Assembly (NCBI RefSeq): GCF_001949145.1
Contig: NW_019091360.1
Span: 2,850,864 to 2,914,863 of the forward strand
From: Acanthaster planci
Taxonomy: Eukaryota
Direction of reading: 5' to 3'
Length of the DNA stretch: 64,000 bases
Shown here: in pieces, positions 26,818 through 40,578 of the stretch
How positions within the stretch are numbered: the first letter of the stretch is position 1
Layout: every line of letters begins with the position of its first letter
Translations under genes and position numbers: made by a program
The notes under the pieces: generated by a model
Told to the model about the DNA's origin: nothing
Database searches by the model: none
The model's input: only the letters and a program-made list of their open reading frames with translations

Positions 26818-27003
26818 TGGTCCTTCTGTCGACCCATCAATTTGGTCCGTCTGTCGACCCATCAATTTGGTCCGTCTGTCGACCCATCACATTGGTCCGT
26901 CTGTCGACCCATCACATTGGTCCGTCTGTCGACCCATCACATTGGTCCGTCTGTCGACCCATCACATTGGTCCGTCTGTCGACCCATCACATTGGTCCGT
27001 CCA
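26818..27003. repeat. 25-bp minisatellite (GTCCGTCTGTCGACCCATCACATTG), ~7 copies
   Basis: Near-identical units read directly; explains the repetitive ORFs at 26595 and 26815. Confidence 0.95.
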
Positions 27004-27939
27004 CCCATAGACCATCCAATCAGTCCATCAAGTTGTCCGTCAGTTATCAATCTGTCAACCCTATTTTGATGAAGAGAGCTATCAATAAAGATTTTGTCAG
27101 TTGTAGAGGAAACGACAGAGACAGTGTCTTCATCCGTTAATTACGGTCGGATAATACGATATTAAAGTGGTCAATTTTTTTTATGTTATCACCAACACTA
27201 GCCAGGATCAGTTATCAGCACAATCACAATATCTGATTGTGCTACCAGTGGATCCTGTGGGAAATCTTAAATTACAAATGTATCTGCCCTTGTTCAAAGC
27301 AATTTTACACAGCCCTGAATTTGAAAAGGTGATTAGGTGATGGTGGAATTATCAACAAATCATGCAGTAAGATCAACAGATCAATAGTACAATTGACAGA
27401 TCACAACTGTAGATTCATAATGAATCTACATGTACATTTATTGTAGATTCATAACGATGAGGAAGTTACCCTTGTGTTCCGCCCCTCCTGTTTTGGTCAA
27501 AGTACATGTACAGGTAGTTGTGACCAGAGGGTTGGGGTAGAGCTTATTACAGCTTTAGCGCTGTGACACTGATTCTACTGGGCCTCGTAACAGGCACTGT
27601 GGGTAACTTGAAGGGATACCAAAAATGCCCACACTTTGGCCTTTTTGAGTATGTCGATATTTCACGTAGCCAAAACCCGTGCACAGGTTAATGGAACAAA
27701 GGAGTGCACTCAGGCAAAGGGTAGCAGCAAGAGCATCATAGACTCGAGACTCCATGTTAGTGTAACAATGGGAACTAATTTAAGTCAGAGAATGGACTCG
27801 GATCTGTAGATTCGTGCCAGCATGCCTGCATTTGCCAGCAACCCGCAGGCGAACAAAAACAGCCAAAACTCCCAGTAGTTACGATCTCCACCGTCCCCTT
27901 GACAAACCTCCCTGTGGTTCTGCAACAAATTGCATATGC

Positions 27940-30900
27940 TGCCTTGCCCACATCACCATACACCTCGAAAAACTTATAGCATGGCTCGACACATACCCGC
28001 TCACTGAGGCAGCTACTACTCTCTGTGTGGGGTTTTTCAGGTCCCCGCACACCTAGGGTGGCTAGCAACCTACCATCCATCAGGAAAAATCCAGCGCTAG
28101 CTTTGGACTGCTCTCCCATTGCTAACCTTCGAATTTCCCCCATAGGGCTTATCCCAAAGGCAGACCCGGGTTGCGTTAGGTTAATTCACCACCTTTTCTG
28201 ATTTAGACTCAGTTAACGACATGATTGATAGAGACCTCTGTTCGGTCCAGTACTTGAACTTTGATGACGCCATCAGCTTGGTGGTTGGATGTGGCAAAGG
28301 TATTCTAATGGCCAAAGCTGACATCAAGTCTGCCTCGTGCCTTTCATCCACCCAGATGATTTTTGCCTCCTTGGTATTCGTATTGGGGATAGCACTTACA
28401 TGTACATGTATACTGGTGAGGCATTCATTGCCCATGGGAGCAGCATGTGCCCCCGCCTATTTTGAAAACTTCTCCACATACAGTATATTGAATGGGCTGA
28501 GCGCAAGCAGTCAGGATCCGCTCATCTTTGCCACTATGTGGATGATTTTTTCATGGTGGGTAGTCCAGAAAAGAAAGGGTCTTCAGCCTGCCTCATTATT
28601 TCGCACTGCCTTAAATTGCAGAGGCACTGCGTGCACCCAAACTATCTCTTACAACCATTCAATCACTCATTGGACCACTATTCTTTGTGTGCCTGGGCGA
28701 GCCTTCCTCAGGAGACTTATCGACACCACATCGGGGACAAAGCAACCGTGGCACAGAATCAAACTCACCTTGGGAGCCAAGGAAGACCTGCTTACAGTAC
28801 ATGGCAGGTCTTCCTCCAGAATTTCAATGGCACCACCATATTCCCTGATCAGTATTAATGAATATCTTCAACTCTTTACCGATGCTAGCAGGGGAACAGG
28901 TTTTGGGGGTTCTTCCAGGGCAGGTGGTTCCGTGGTACGTGGCCCCAATTCATACGGTGTACATGTACATGACTCTAAACTTTCCATTGCCTGGTTGGAG
29001 TTTTTCCCCGTCGTAGCAGCCCTCGCTTGTGAGGAAAAAGTCTGTCGGCAAAGAGAGTGTTAAGCCGTCCTCTAAGTGCCCTCGAGTAATGAGATTAGTT
29101 AGATTCTTTGTTTTGCAGTGTTTATGAGTCAATGTCCAGTTCAAAGCCCCACATATCCCAGGAACCCACAATAACATAGCAGATGTGCTCTCTTGTTCAC
29201 AGATGCACAGATTCTGACTTCTGGCTCCACTGGCTGCCCCCTAAGGGATGGAGGTCCCGGAATTTCTTTGGAAGATCTAAGTGCACAAAAACATCACCTT
29301 TTCGGGTCGTCTTTCTCAAGTAATCAAAACCAATCAAAAGTAATCAAAATCAATAGTTGGCCAGACCCTACTCTTTCCGTTCTCATCCAAAAATGAAAGA
29401 AGGCTATCGCCGGCTCGGGCCTCGCCCGGATTCCAAACGCCCAATCACTACCGATCTGCTCGCCAAATTATGCGACATTATACCAGCCATCACCTCCTCT
29501 GACCTTGAAGCCAATCTGTTCTGTGCAGCGTTCTCGCTAGCCTTCTTTGGCTGCCTACGTGTTGGGGAATTCACTGGCCCTGACAGATCTTGCGACACTT
29601 CCAAGATTTTAACTGTCTGCAATATGTTTTGGTCAAAGGCCCTCCAGAACATGTAAGCAGCTTACATGTAAGCCACAGCAACCGCTCAGCATTAGTCCCG
29701 TAGCCCGCGTTTCCAGCCCCTCTCTTCAGGGCCCCTTTTCCTTCACAGTAAAGACATCCAACTGACCATGTACAGTACATACAGTAAACTCTAAGTCGGC
29801 ATCGCATAACCCGTCATATCGTCCAAGTCGGCCGTTTGACAGAAGTCCTGATCGTCTGTAATGCATTACCATTGAAAATTTCATTTCTAAGTTGGCATTT
29901 ACACGTGTAGGTCGTCATTTCATATTAAGTTGGCATGTTTTTCTCGGTACTTTTCCACAAAACCACAAAAATTCCTTCGTGTAAGTCGGCATTAAAAAAA
30001 ATTGTGCTTTGGTATCGGTGTCCTTCGCCGCAGTTGCCAAGAAGTGTCAAGTGACAAAACCGTGCGCGCACAGCCAGCATGTGAGTACATGAACATCAAT
30101 ACCGGTAACCCCTCTAGTGCTACACGCATGCACTCTGTCCATTTTGGGGGTCGCCTTATTGAACATAGTCTGCTTCCCTGCCCAAAGATTCCCTGAAGAC
30201 CCTTGATAATGATTCCCGGGGTAGTCGGAATCATCGGGTCGGGTATCCAGACTATATTGAACGAACTTAACCAATGCATGTGTGTGGATGAGGGTATGGT
30301 TCTGTACCGTAACTGTATCACATATATGTACATACGTACTGCACTGTGATATATATGCAAGTGGCTTGCCGTCCTTGCTTCGTCCTTAGGGGCACATGAT
30401 CAATTATCGAATTTGCAGCCCATGAGGATAATAATAGAAAAGAAATTTGCTGGGATCGACATGGAGGTACAAAAAAACCAGGGTAAATCAAAGCCATTGA
30501 ATTAGTGCAAGGAATCATAATGTATACAGGCAATACATGTGTACGTGTAAGTTGGCAAAATGACGACTTACAACACAAGTCGGCCGTCGTGTAAGTCGTC
30601 ATAATTTCTTGAGTCCCAAGAGTGCCGACTTAGCCGGAGTTTACTTTATACCAATTCCGCTGTACAGTACCCGTATGTTGTCCAGATCCCTTGTGGCCTT
30701 GGGAATCTCAACCCAAGGATTTAATACCCCCAGTTTCCCCATAGGTGCAGCTACCGGTACAACTGTGACCATTAATGGCACCCCACTGCCACAGATTCCG
30801 TCTCTGGGGCATTGGAGGTCTGCTGCTTTTAATACATGTACATGTAGGTACATTCGACCTGACTTGGCCCCTCCCCCCCCAAGACTGACTGAATCCCCTT

Positions 30901-31130
30901 CCAGTAGGAATTTGTTCCTGTTCCTTTTTGTTGTCTGCAGGTACATGTACATCTACAATGTGCACCTGGTTGTGGGGGATAGTATCGCCTTCCATGCGGC
31001 AGAACGCACGCTTCACGTACCATCCCTTGGAATCCTCACATGGCTGGGCACCCGGGGAGCCAGAATATCTCAGGACACAGCTATGACGCGCACTCGCCCT
31101 GATGTGTCCACATTGGGACTACCGACCTCT
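27940..31130 (+). mobile_element. Decayed Ngaro/PAT-like tyrosine-recombinase retrotransposon (RT-RNase H-YR-SGNH hydrolase)
   Basis: RT: NLRISPIGLIPKADPG..RLIHHL, SVNDMIDRDLCSVQYLNFDDAI, LMAKADIKSA, LPMG, HYVDDFF. RNase H: LQLFTDAS.GTGFGG, IAWLEFFPVVAA, HIPGTHNNIADVLS. YR: KRPITTDLL...AAFSLAFFGCLRVGEFT and PSFPIGAAT...LGHWRSAAF..RYIRP. Then VVGDSI..HAAER...WLGTRGAR. Many frameshifts and stops. Confidence 0.9.
29782..30646. mobile_element. Tc1/mariner-superfamily MITE inserted in the YR gene
   Basis: TA|CAGTAAACTC-TAAGTCGGCA on the left and TGCCGACTTAGCCGGAGTTTACTT|TA on the right; internal repeats of TAAGT(C/T)GGC; YR coding motifs resume on both sides. Confidence 0.8.
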
Positions 31131-31499
31131 TTTCCATACCGTGTACCAAACTAATGCTAATGTTTTAATAGCAAATACTGCTGCCTTTATATCTGCATGA
31201 TTGAAGGTGATCTGAGGCCCATTTATAAAATTTGGCATCTGCTGCTTTCAAGTTGTGGCTGCAATAAATGCTTGGCGATAAAGGGCCGAAGCATACCCAA
31301 AATCAGTTTCCATGTCCTTTCAACTTCTTTGGGCCAATGAAATAAAACAAGCCAATTTCTGAAAGCAAGCCAAAAGGCACAATTCACCTTTGAGTGAGAA
31401 GAATTACAGAAACAAAAAGTGGAGAGAGAACAGAACTCTTCCCACATTTCCATAATTGAAGCCTTCCATAGAAATAATTACCAGTATGTATGTAGGTAA

Positions 31500-31745
31500 T
31501 TCCAGAAATTAGGGGTCTAAAAGCGTGAAACTTTTGTGTCCCTGTTACATCTGACCTTTGTTATTTGACATGGAAGCATTACCAGAATTGATTTCAAACT
31601 GTTACTATTTGTTTGGCAGGTAATTTGCATTAAATTCATCACTCTTGGAAATTAGAAAATGTGTTCTGAACTTACAAAATCAGATGTCAGACTCAGATGG
31701 GACAGGAACACAAAAAAAAATGGACCCCTAATCCCTCCAATTACC
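31500..31745 (+). repeat. Dispersed repeat, inverted copy at ~37130-37630
   Basis: gatttcaaactgttactatttgtttggcaggtaatttgca (31591) is the reverse complement of tgcaaattacctgccaaacaaatagcaatagtttgaaatc (37233); the flanks also align. Confidence 0.75.
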
Positions 31746-33269
31746 AATAAACATGTACATGTACTGTACATGTACTGGTACCTGCTACATCCTTTTTGAA
31801 ATCGAATACATTCTGGTGAGTTTTGCTGATTACAGAAATGAGACTGAGAAATGGGAAGAGAAATTCACAAATACTCCATTAAAGGGTGGTCACAAGAACA
31901 GTCCAAATGGTCATTATGCAAAGTTGGCCAACACCTGATTATTTCTCTACAGTCTAAACAGATCGGTGAACCATTTTGTTCATATTTGTGGAAACTTTTT
32001 TGGCAGCACAAAGCACAAGAACGTGGTTTTCCGGTTAAGTAAAACCAGGTTTTTTTTGGTGACAAAATAAATGGAGATTTAAGACACGAAGATAGTGGGT
32101 GGGGGAAGAGTGAGTGTCGCACTTTGTCATGCAACATCCTGGAATGAGCCTAATAGATGTACGACAGAGTTTGAGCTGTGTTGGCTGTACATGTACACCT
32201 ACTATACACATACACATGTACATGAATTTGTTAAATCTTTTGTATGGTTATTTTGGGTTTTTACGACATGCTCAAAGGGAGAAAAACTCTCACTACACTC
32301 TGCTTTACTGAACACAACATGGGTCCGCACAACATGTTGGTATCTGTTTTTCAGTCATGGGGATTTTCAGTCATTGATGCACCTGTTCCTCAGCTCTGGT
32401 CCACTTAAATGGGTGACATCCCTCTTCATAAATATGTCCAAACAAGTTGAAAATAAATATATGTAACACCAAACTTGTTGCATTTTGTTCGTTGTATATT
32501 TTTCTGTCACATACATGTACATGTAAGTTTTGAGTAGGTTTCACTGGAAGTCCAGTAACAATGTGAGAACAAGTTTTCCCTAAATCATTTTTGAAAAAGT
32601 ATGATGCGAAACACAATACAGTTACATTGGTTTCTGCTGCTATTGGGACTAAAATACATGTAGATGGGCTGGAAACCAGTCTGCAGTCACCAATGTAAGA
32701 AATGTCAGCTCGGGCAAGTGTTGAACACAAATCAACGCCGACAAAATATTTAATAAGGATTTCTGGGAGGTATGCATGTACATGTACATGTATGTACACA
32801 ACTAAAGTAGGTCACAGACACAAGGCTGTCTGTGAACATTTAGTTTTGAGTAATTTTGTGCAGCAATGACAAAAAGGAAGACTTTCTACGTAAGAGTCGC
32901 CAATATTGCATGTACTCAGGTACCAGTTTACATGTACATGGCTACTGCACACCTACAAATGTACATGTACGTACATGTACGTGCATACCGACTATGTATA
33001 AACATTGTACAGAGGATACTGTGCTGTGTGTTGGCAGTTGTTCCTCTGTAGGATTTTTGTTAACTCTCAAGCTACCGATAAAATTTCCTTTTTTGAAGCA
33101 TATTTTCAGTATTCAGTAAAAGCACTTGGAAAATTCAAGAGTCAAGGGGCACACTTGGTAGACGTGACAGTTTGGTATACTGGTAGCAGTGTTTTTTATA
33201 CAAGTATTTACTAAAACTGGAGATTCAATTTTAGGAATTCGAATAGTAAATGAACTTCAGGAAGCCAGC

Positions 33270-33780
33270 TTGCTGAAGGTAACCACCTCACCTTCCAACT
33301 GGAACCTGGTTCGAATCCCACCCGGGGTGACATGAAGAGTAGAGTAAGGAGTGAGAAGCATGCACCGAAGCGAACAAAACGTCTTGAAACTGGCCCAAAT
33401 AAAACCAAAATGAAAAATCTTACCTCTTTGGACAAGTCCAAGAAATCTTGTTCAAAGTGGAGACGGCATCCATCCTGCTGGCATCAAACTAAGGCGGTGT
33501 CTCTCATCAACCTGGAAGAGAATCAAAGAAACAATCACGCTATTATTTCTTTTTTCATGTACACAAGAAACAGGTTTCCCTGTAGCCTTTGCTGCCCCTC
33601 TGTGGATCTTTCAAAAGCACAAACACTACAGAATGTACATGTAATTGTGTACACACCTTCAAAGATGCAACCCAAATACATCTAAACCAGCAATTTGGGG
33701 GCAACAAAAAGTGACCTGCCCCCCAGACTTTGAAAGGTTACAACAGAAAAACATCAAGCTGAAACTTGAGTTGCATTCAG
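33270..33780 (+). mobile_element. Dispersed repeat with a tRNA-like head (SINE-like), copy 3
   Basis: Canonical B-box GGTTCGAATCCC at 33308 followed by the shared body ggtgtctctcatcaacctggaagagaatcaaagaaa and gactttgaaaggtta. Confidence 0.6.
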
Positions 33781-36700
33781 TTTGCCTAGGCACGTACATG
33801 TATGTATGTTCTTTTAATTTTTACAAGGTATGGTACTTGTACATTACATAAACTGGTAAGTAAATCTGATTTGGGTTATATGGGAGGGACGAGAGTTTGG
33901 ATTAGCAAAAACAGACCCTTCAGTTATTCCAACAGGAACGAAACAGTTAAATACTTCCTTTTTATCAACATGCATACGTGTACAGTGCACGTACCAGTAC
34001 ATGTACATCAGTGTCATTTCTTAACAGAAAACAAGGCAGTAGATATCACATCATGAACCAGTCCCCAGTTGCAATTGAGGTTGTGCCAATATCAAAATTT
34101 ACCATCGGCACGAAATTGTCACAAATATGCAATATTCAATTTTATGCAAGCTTTGTACAAAAATGGTGCAACTTTTAAAATGTAATCCTCGTATACTGGT
34201 ACATGTATCTCTGTTGCAAAATTAGTTTGATATAATACAATATACCTGTACATGTACTTGTACATACAATGTACATGTACATGTATATGTCAACAGAACA
34301 CATTATGCTGAGATTAATGCAAGGAATGTACATGTAAGCCACTAAACACTGGCAATACATGTCAGGTCACAGCAAAAATAAGGCTGGAAAAAAAAAGTAT
34401 CAAAATTTTTTTAAGGACGATTTCTGCTACCTCAGTCGATGTATTGTAAGAGATCTTTCTTCCTGTGAGCTTATCTTCAATTTTGATTCATTTGCGGTGA
34501 CCAAGCGATGTGAGCCAGCGCACAGACATCATGGCTACACATGTAGCCCACGGTAATCCATATAAGCTGGTACTGAGTGATTGGGATGACAGGAACTGTA
34601 TGCATCAGTTATGTCAGTGCCTTTTATCCCGTACAGGTTCATGCACAGGTACCGGTAATGGGCAGGAACTACGTTTTCCTTCCTTTTCAGTCAGATTTAT
34701 CCATCTTCAGCACAAGTCCTTTAAATTACATTTACAGCGCTGATTTTATGGCAAGTTTTTCTGACTTGAATTTTTATCCCGTCAGGTGTGCTGCATTTTG
34801 TAATTGTTTAACATTTTTTAAGATTACCCAGGGCTCAGGGGACCTACCGGTACTGTACATGTACCGGGTATGCAGACGTTTGTCCAGGACTAAGCAAACT
34901 TCCCAGCTGGTATGCAATGTGAGCAGACATATTCCAGATTTTCATTTTTCTTGCAAAGAAAAGAAAAATTAGGTTTTTGAGGGCTTTGAAAACTCAGAAA
35001 TTAATACAGTTGGGCATGCATGCAAATGTGACAGACTTGCAGAGACAGACAGAGAATTTTGAAAATATCTTGGTTTCTCAAGTCCACGTACACTTAGATA
35101 TTACATGTATACAAAAATTTTGAAATTCATAAATACTCCCCAAAAAAATCAACAAAAACTGAATACTGACATACATGTAGATACATGTACATGTGTAAGT
35201 TGTTATCTTCAATCCATACATGTACTTACAAAGCAAATTTTTGATATAACAACAGGAAGTGGTTGAGGTGTATGCTTTCTTGAAACAAACTGTACATCAG
35301 TTTTAACAACATTCAAGAATTCGGCTTTTATTTTCCTCTGAAAACTTAGTTTTAAATTCTGAGAAATTTGGTAAAACTTTCCTCACTGAAAATCTTTCTT
35401 TTTTGTAGCCTTGTTAGAGTTTTGTAACAGTTTGAAGAGTGCTCCAGTAAGAAATCAATAACAGAAATGAATTTCTATTTTCTTTTTGAAATTTCATGTA
35501 ATGTACATGTATCATTTTAGAAAACTTTCGTATTTTAGAAAACTTTCGTATGTACATGTATACACATGAACATGTACATCTGACACCAATTTGATTTAAT
35601 AGTTTTTATTTTCACAATACATCCTTTGGGACAAGTGTGCCAAATTGACAAAACAAAACACAAAAAGTGCCCTCTTTCTACATACATGTATCAGCATAAC
35701 TCCCCCAATTAAAACTCTTTAAAACTATGGCGTTGGACGTCATGGATGTGTACCGGTACGTCCGATACCCTACATGTCCGACACCACCAAAACCAGGCAT
35801 TGCTGGCAGTGCAATGCCTGTACAAAGTACAGAAACTACTAATCATCTGTACACCTCATTTGCATACATGTAAATAAGGTCCTACCATTTACCTACAGAG
35901 TACGCGGGATCATACGATGTACATGTACGGTACATGTCACACATGCATTACCAGTAATGTAGTTTATTGCATTACCCGGTACATGTTGTTGCTGTGGCAA
36001 ACTGTACATTGGAGAGCAAGCATTGCCTTGGTGACCACTTCGAGGAACACTTGCGCAGTGTGTGCCGCCGCATACTCTCGGTGACGTAAGCATAGCCTCT
36101 GCATCCCATGGAAAGCGTCAACCAACGCATGGCGTAAGGAACTGGAGCAGCATGTCATTTTTTAACTGGGAACGCTGCATCCAGGGGGAATGACCATGCA
36201 TTTTTCTGTGTTCATTCAGAACTGAATCTGCTTGCCCTGACAAAGATAGGCTTATCCAGTTACGGACAGCTCGGAAATAAGATAAATTGAGAGCACTGAT
36301 AGTGTACATGTACATGTATGTATATTTTTGTCAATACCATGGTGTTTTGGATCAGTTTCTACATGGGTAATAATGCTGAGTGGGTAATCAATGTACCAAC
36401 TACTTGACGCCTTCTATCAAAATGAAAATCTGCTTGAGGATTACATCTCATAATTCACTCTGTTGAAGTGTCTAAAATGTATACGGTACGCCCGACACTG
36501 TGGAATTGCCCAATGGTAAAATACCACAAACGAAATTCCATGATTACGTCATCAAGACGTCATGCCCATTTTACATGTAGTTATAACACAACATGGTCTG
36601 CACATGCACAAAGTTCTTAGGCTAAAGGACTTTACTGATGACAGAACTGATTAGGAATGACATAGAGGTTTGAACTTCATCTTCAGATGACAGCCAACAC

Positions 36701-39700
36701 ATTTTCCACGACTGCAGATAATTGGACTATTTCACAAGTGGCATCGACGATGGAAAAAAGATGTTTAAACATTTGCAGGAGGGTGGACAAAATAAAAAAG
36801 AAAAAAATGGCAAACCACAGCTGTTACAAATCGACACAGATGCAGAATTCATTAAGGAACAGTGTTTCTTGAAACAATTTCACTGCTTGAAGGTTTAGGG
36901 CAAACACTACAAAGCTGGAAGCCACAGAAAGCTATAATGGTTTACTCAATATCACATCTTGAGCAAAGCGCTGATTAATTAATGATAAGAGAAGTCAGGA
37001 AGCTCCATCTTCAGTGAACACCACTAATTAAATTTTGTAGAACATTTTCAATATGCAGAGCTGCCAACCTTTACAAACTCATTTGGTAATCACAAGGATG
37101 AATGAAAACCCCAAACTGATTTGGGTCATTGTATTAATTTGGGGTCCAGGTTTTTTCCCGTCCCTGTTACGTCTGACATTTGATTTCTAATGTTTAGAAC
37201 TCATTGTTTAATTTCCAAGACTGAAGAAGTACTGCAAATTACCTGCCAAACAAATAGCAATAGTTTGAAATCAATTTCAGTGATACATGTACATCCCTTG
37301 TCAAACGTGTCAGATGGTACATCCCTTCTCAAACNNNNNNNNNNNNNNNNNNNNNNNNNNNNNNNNNNNNNNNNNNNNNNNNNNNNNNNNNNNNNNNNNN
37401 NNNNNNNNNNNNNNNNNNNNNNNNNNNNNNNNNNNNNNNNNNNNNNNNNNNNNNNNNNNNNNNNNNNNNNNNNNNNNNNNNNNNNNNNNNNNNNNNNNNN
37501 NNNNNNNNNNNNNNNNNNNNNNNNNNNNNNNNNNNCCCTTGTCAAATGTGTCAGATGGTGTACATGTACATGTACATGTCAGAGGTAAAAGGGACGGAAA
37601 AATGTCACACTTTGGACCCCAAATTTATAGAACAACCCATTTCTAATTGGCCTCAATTGCTCCAACATTTCCAGGGTTCACTGATGTATTCAATATCCCT
37701 TAAATTGATAGTACCAATATCAAAGTTTAATCATATCAAAATCTTGGTACTCAAAATACCAAAACCAAGACATGTTACAATCCAGTTTTGATTTGTGCAC
37801 CTGTTACTTCAATTCTGCTTTGAAATTATAAGCTCAAGGTCACAAACTGTGCCTCTGACTGGGAATAAAAAAAATTGTAAAATTGTAAAGACCAACGTCT
37901 CATTTGTGATCTGCATGGCTGCCATTAAATACAAGAAATTGTACACATGAACATGTACAAGGTACCGGTAAATTACACTTCATGGTATTGGCATTAGATA
38001 ATGTTCAACTTTGGAGGTTCATTTTCCCTGAAGTGAACAGCAGTGAATTAATTCCCAATGTCTGATGAAATGAGGGAAGTTATGGCTGATATCTGGAACA
38101 ATGATGACCGTGTCCAACTTTCAACTTATTAATTAAAGTCTTGAACGTCAGCATTTTTGATGGACGCTGACAAATTGTTGAAATTCTAGCTAATAAAATT
38201 TACAGAGGAGTGATAATCCCTGAGGTTATTTTGAACAGATTTATATGTGGTGAAAGGTGATAATATTTACACATTTTAAAACCATAATCACGAAATTAAA
38301 AAATATCTCTCAAAATTAATCGGGTCCTGAAGTCGGCAGTCGCAAATGTCATTTGATACATGTATGTAAAAAAAAATCGACTGCAATAGCAGCGAGTAAA
38401 ATCAAAATCGATGTACAACACACGCTTTAAGAAAGTACAAAAAAACACCCCCAAACCATCATCCTTTTACGACTGGACTGATCACATTTTCTTCAAGTAC
38501 GTTTCTGAAAACTGCAGTCAGAAATACCGATCATGGTGATTTTGCAGCTTTCGTCATTATCTTGCTGTGACGTTAGAGATGCGTTTCACTACATCATGGG
38601 CTGTTTAACCTTTGACATCAACCAAGATACATGCACATGTACATGTACATGTACATGTAGGGCACCCTCTTTTAATTCGATATTCATGAGTCCCTACACA
38701 GAATTGCAACACTCCGGTATTTTTCTCTTTGTACAAAGGTTTTTTGAGAGAAAATCTGTCGTACTGAATGATGTTCGAAATAACATGACATCCGAGATGT
38801 ACATGTAAAATACGATTTGTGATGAAAATCTAATGCACAGAGTTGATTTTAATTTAATTTTCAGCGGGGATATCTCCAAAATAAGCAGCAAAATGAACAT
38901 CACGCATGGAATTTTCAAGCACTACATGTGCCAGCGTTTTTGGCATTCTTGAACGCCACACATTTTTTGTCCAAATTCTGCAGCGTTATCAAAATTCTGT
39001 CAAATGTGACGTTTGCAATGCAATTTTTGATGCAGCCAAACTTAAAGATTATTTTTGGTGGTTGACAGGTACGGTATAAGACCTTGCCGATATGCTGGTA
39101 TAGTGAGAGTGATTGTAAACGGTAAGAGAATGAAGAGAGCCAAACCTTTTTCATCATTTTCCATCAATTTTATGCTCTTTTTTTGTGGCTTATATTCTTT
39201 TTAAATACATCTTTTGAAAAATATACAAAGTCCTGATTTCTCCTTGTTGTTAAGCGAGGTTTTGAAATCAAGTCCTCTGTGCAAATACTTTGACGTAAAA
39301 CTTTAAATGAATTTAACTCCATTGATTTGCACTGGTAGCCAACCAAACGTCCCACAAATGTATGCCTAATTATCCCCGAATAATCATTTTATAAATCTGA
39401 AGGTGCTAATTTGTTTTTACATGATCAAAGTCACTCTTTTAGAAGTTTTGAAAAATGACATGCAGAGTTGCATTTTGGTCCATTTTATGAAGAAAATTCC
39501 TATTCCTTTAATATGACCAAGCAGTAAAGTGTTCTGAAAGTCAGATCACATTTTTAGGCATCAATCACAATGCCAGATTGCGTCAATTAAAACATCAAAC
39601 CTCTAAAAGGGGTGGTTTTGTTTAAACTTTTGGAAAACCTACCAAAAAAAAAAAAAAATTTTTTTTCCGTTTAAATGTGTAAACGTCCCACCTTTATCGG

Positions 39701-39990
39701 TTGGTAAACTTACTATGTTACGGCCAGTGCATTTGAAGTTTTGTAACTCAAACTTATTTTTAAAGTGAGGAAAAAATATGTGCAGTATTTTCACATGTGC
39801 ACAAAACTGAAGTTTAGAAAAATTTCAATGCGTGCAACTGAAAATTCAGAAAAAGAAAAAAAAGAAAAAATTCTGAAGTACAGTACACTACTGGCTTTGC
39901 ACAAAGCATTCCGTTTTCACACATGTCACATGAGTCAAAATTAGAATAAAGTACTGAAGAACTGAAAAAAAGATCTGTGTATGTACATGT

Positions 39991-40228
39991 ATTACCCAAA
40001 TTAGTAGCGCGGTGGATCTGGTTAGATTTGGTTACCCAAATTAGTAGCGCGGTGGATCTGGTTAGATTTGGTTACCCAAATTAGTAGCGCGGTGGATCTA
40101 GTTAGATTTGGTTACCCAAATTAGTAGTGCGGTGGATCTGGTTAGATTTGGTTACCCAAATTAGTAGCGCGGTGGATCTGGTTAGATTTGGTTACCCAAA
40201 TTAGTAGCACGGTGGATCTGGTTAGATT
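39991..40228. repeat. 40-bp minisatellite (GTTACCCAAATTAGTAGCGCGGTGGATCTGGTTAGATTTG), 6 copies
   Basis: Near-identical units with exact 40-bp period. Confidence 0.95.
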
Positions 40229-40369
40229 TTTTGTGCAAGCTGCATGTACCTACATTGTAGCTACACGACATACATACATGTAAGAACGATTCAAACTGTT
40301 GTTTTGCCACGCATGTGCACCATACGTTGGGCTAACCTAAAGCGTTTTCAAAATGAGTAGATTCAGCTC

Positions 40370-40578
40370 AGTCTTCAGTTTCGCTGGTTCCAGTCAGAGC
40401 TCGAACATGGTTTCAAACACTGTTTCAAAATGGCTGGAACCAGTGAAACCAAAGTTTAAGCCAAATCCACTTGTTTCGAAAATGCTCATGACTTTGGTTT
40501 CACTGGTCCCAGCCATTTTGAAAACAGTGTTCGAAACCATGTTCCAGACCTGACTGGAACCAGTGAAACAGAAGTCTA
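40370..40578. repeat. Palindromic MITE-like hairpin, ~85-bp arms and ~34-bp loop
   Basis: gaacatggtttcaaacactgtttcaaaatggctggaaccagtgaaaccaaagt pairs with actttggtttcactggtcccagccattttgaaaacagtgttcgaaaccatgttc. Confidence 0.85.

Noticed and set aside
26595..27140. 181-aa ORF with repeats
   Set aside because: It is a translation of the 25-bp minisatellite cycling through frames.
33270..33330. tRNA gene
   Set aside because: Only the B-box/T-arm-like part is present; I could not fold a cloverleaf, and it continues into a repeat body shared with other copies.
36025..36150. Resemblance to meiosis 1 arrest protein (M1AP)
   Set aside because: Only a few residues recalled from memory (SLR.A..D) match; too weak to name a gene.
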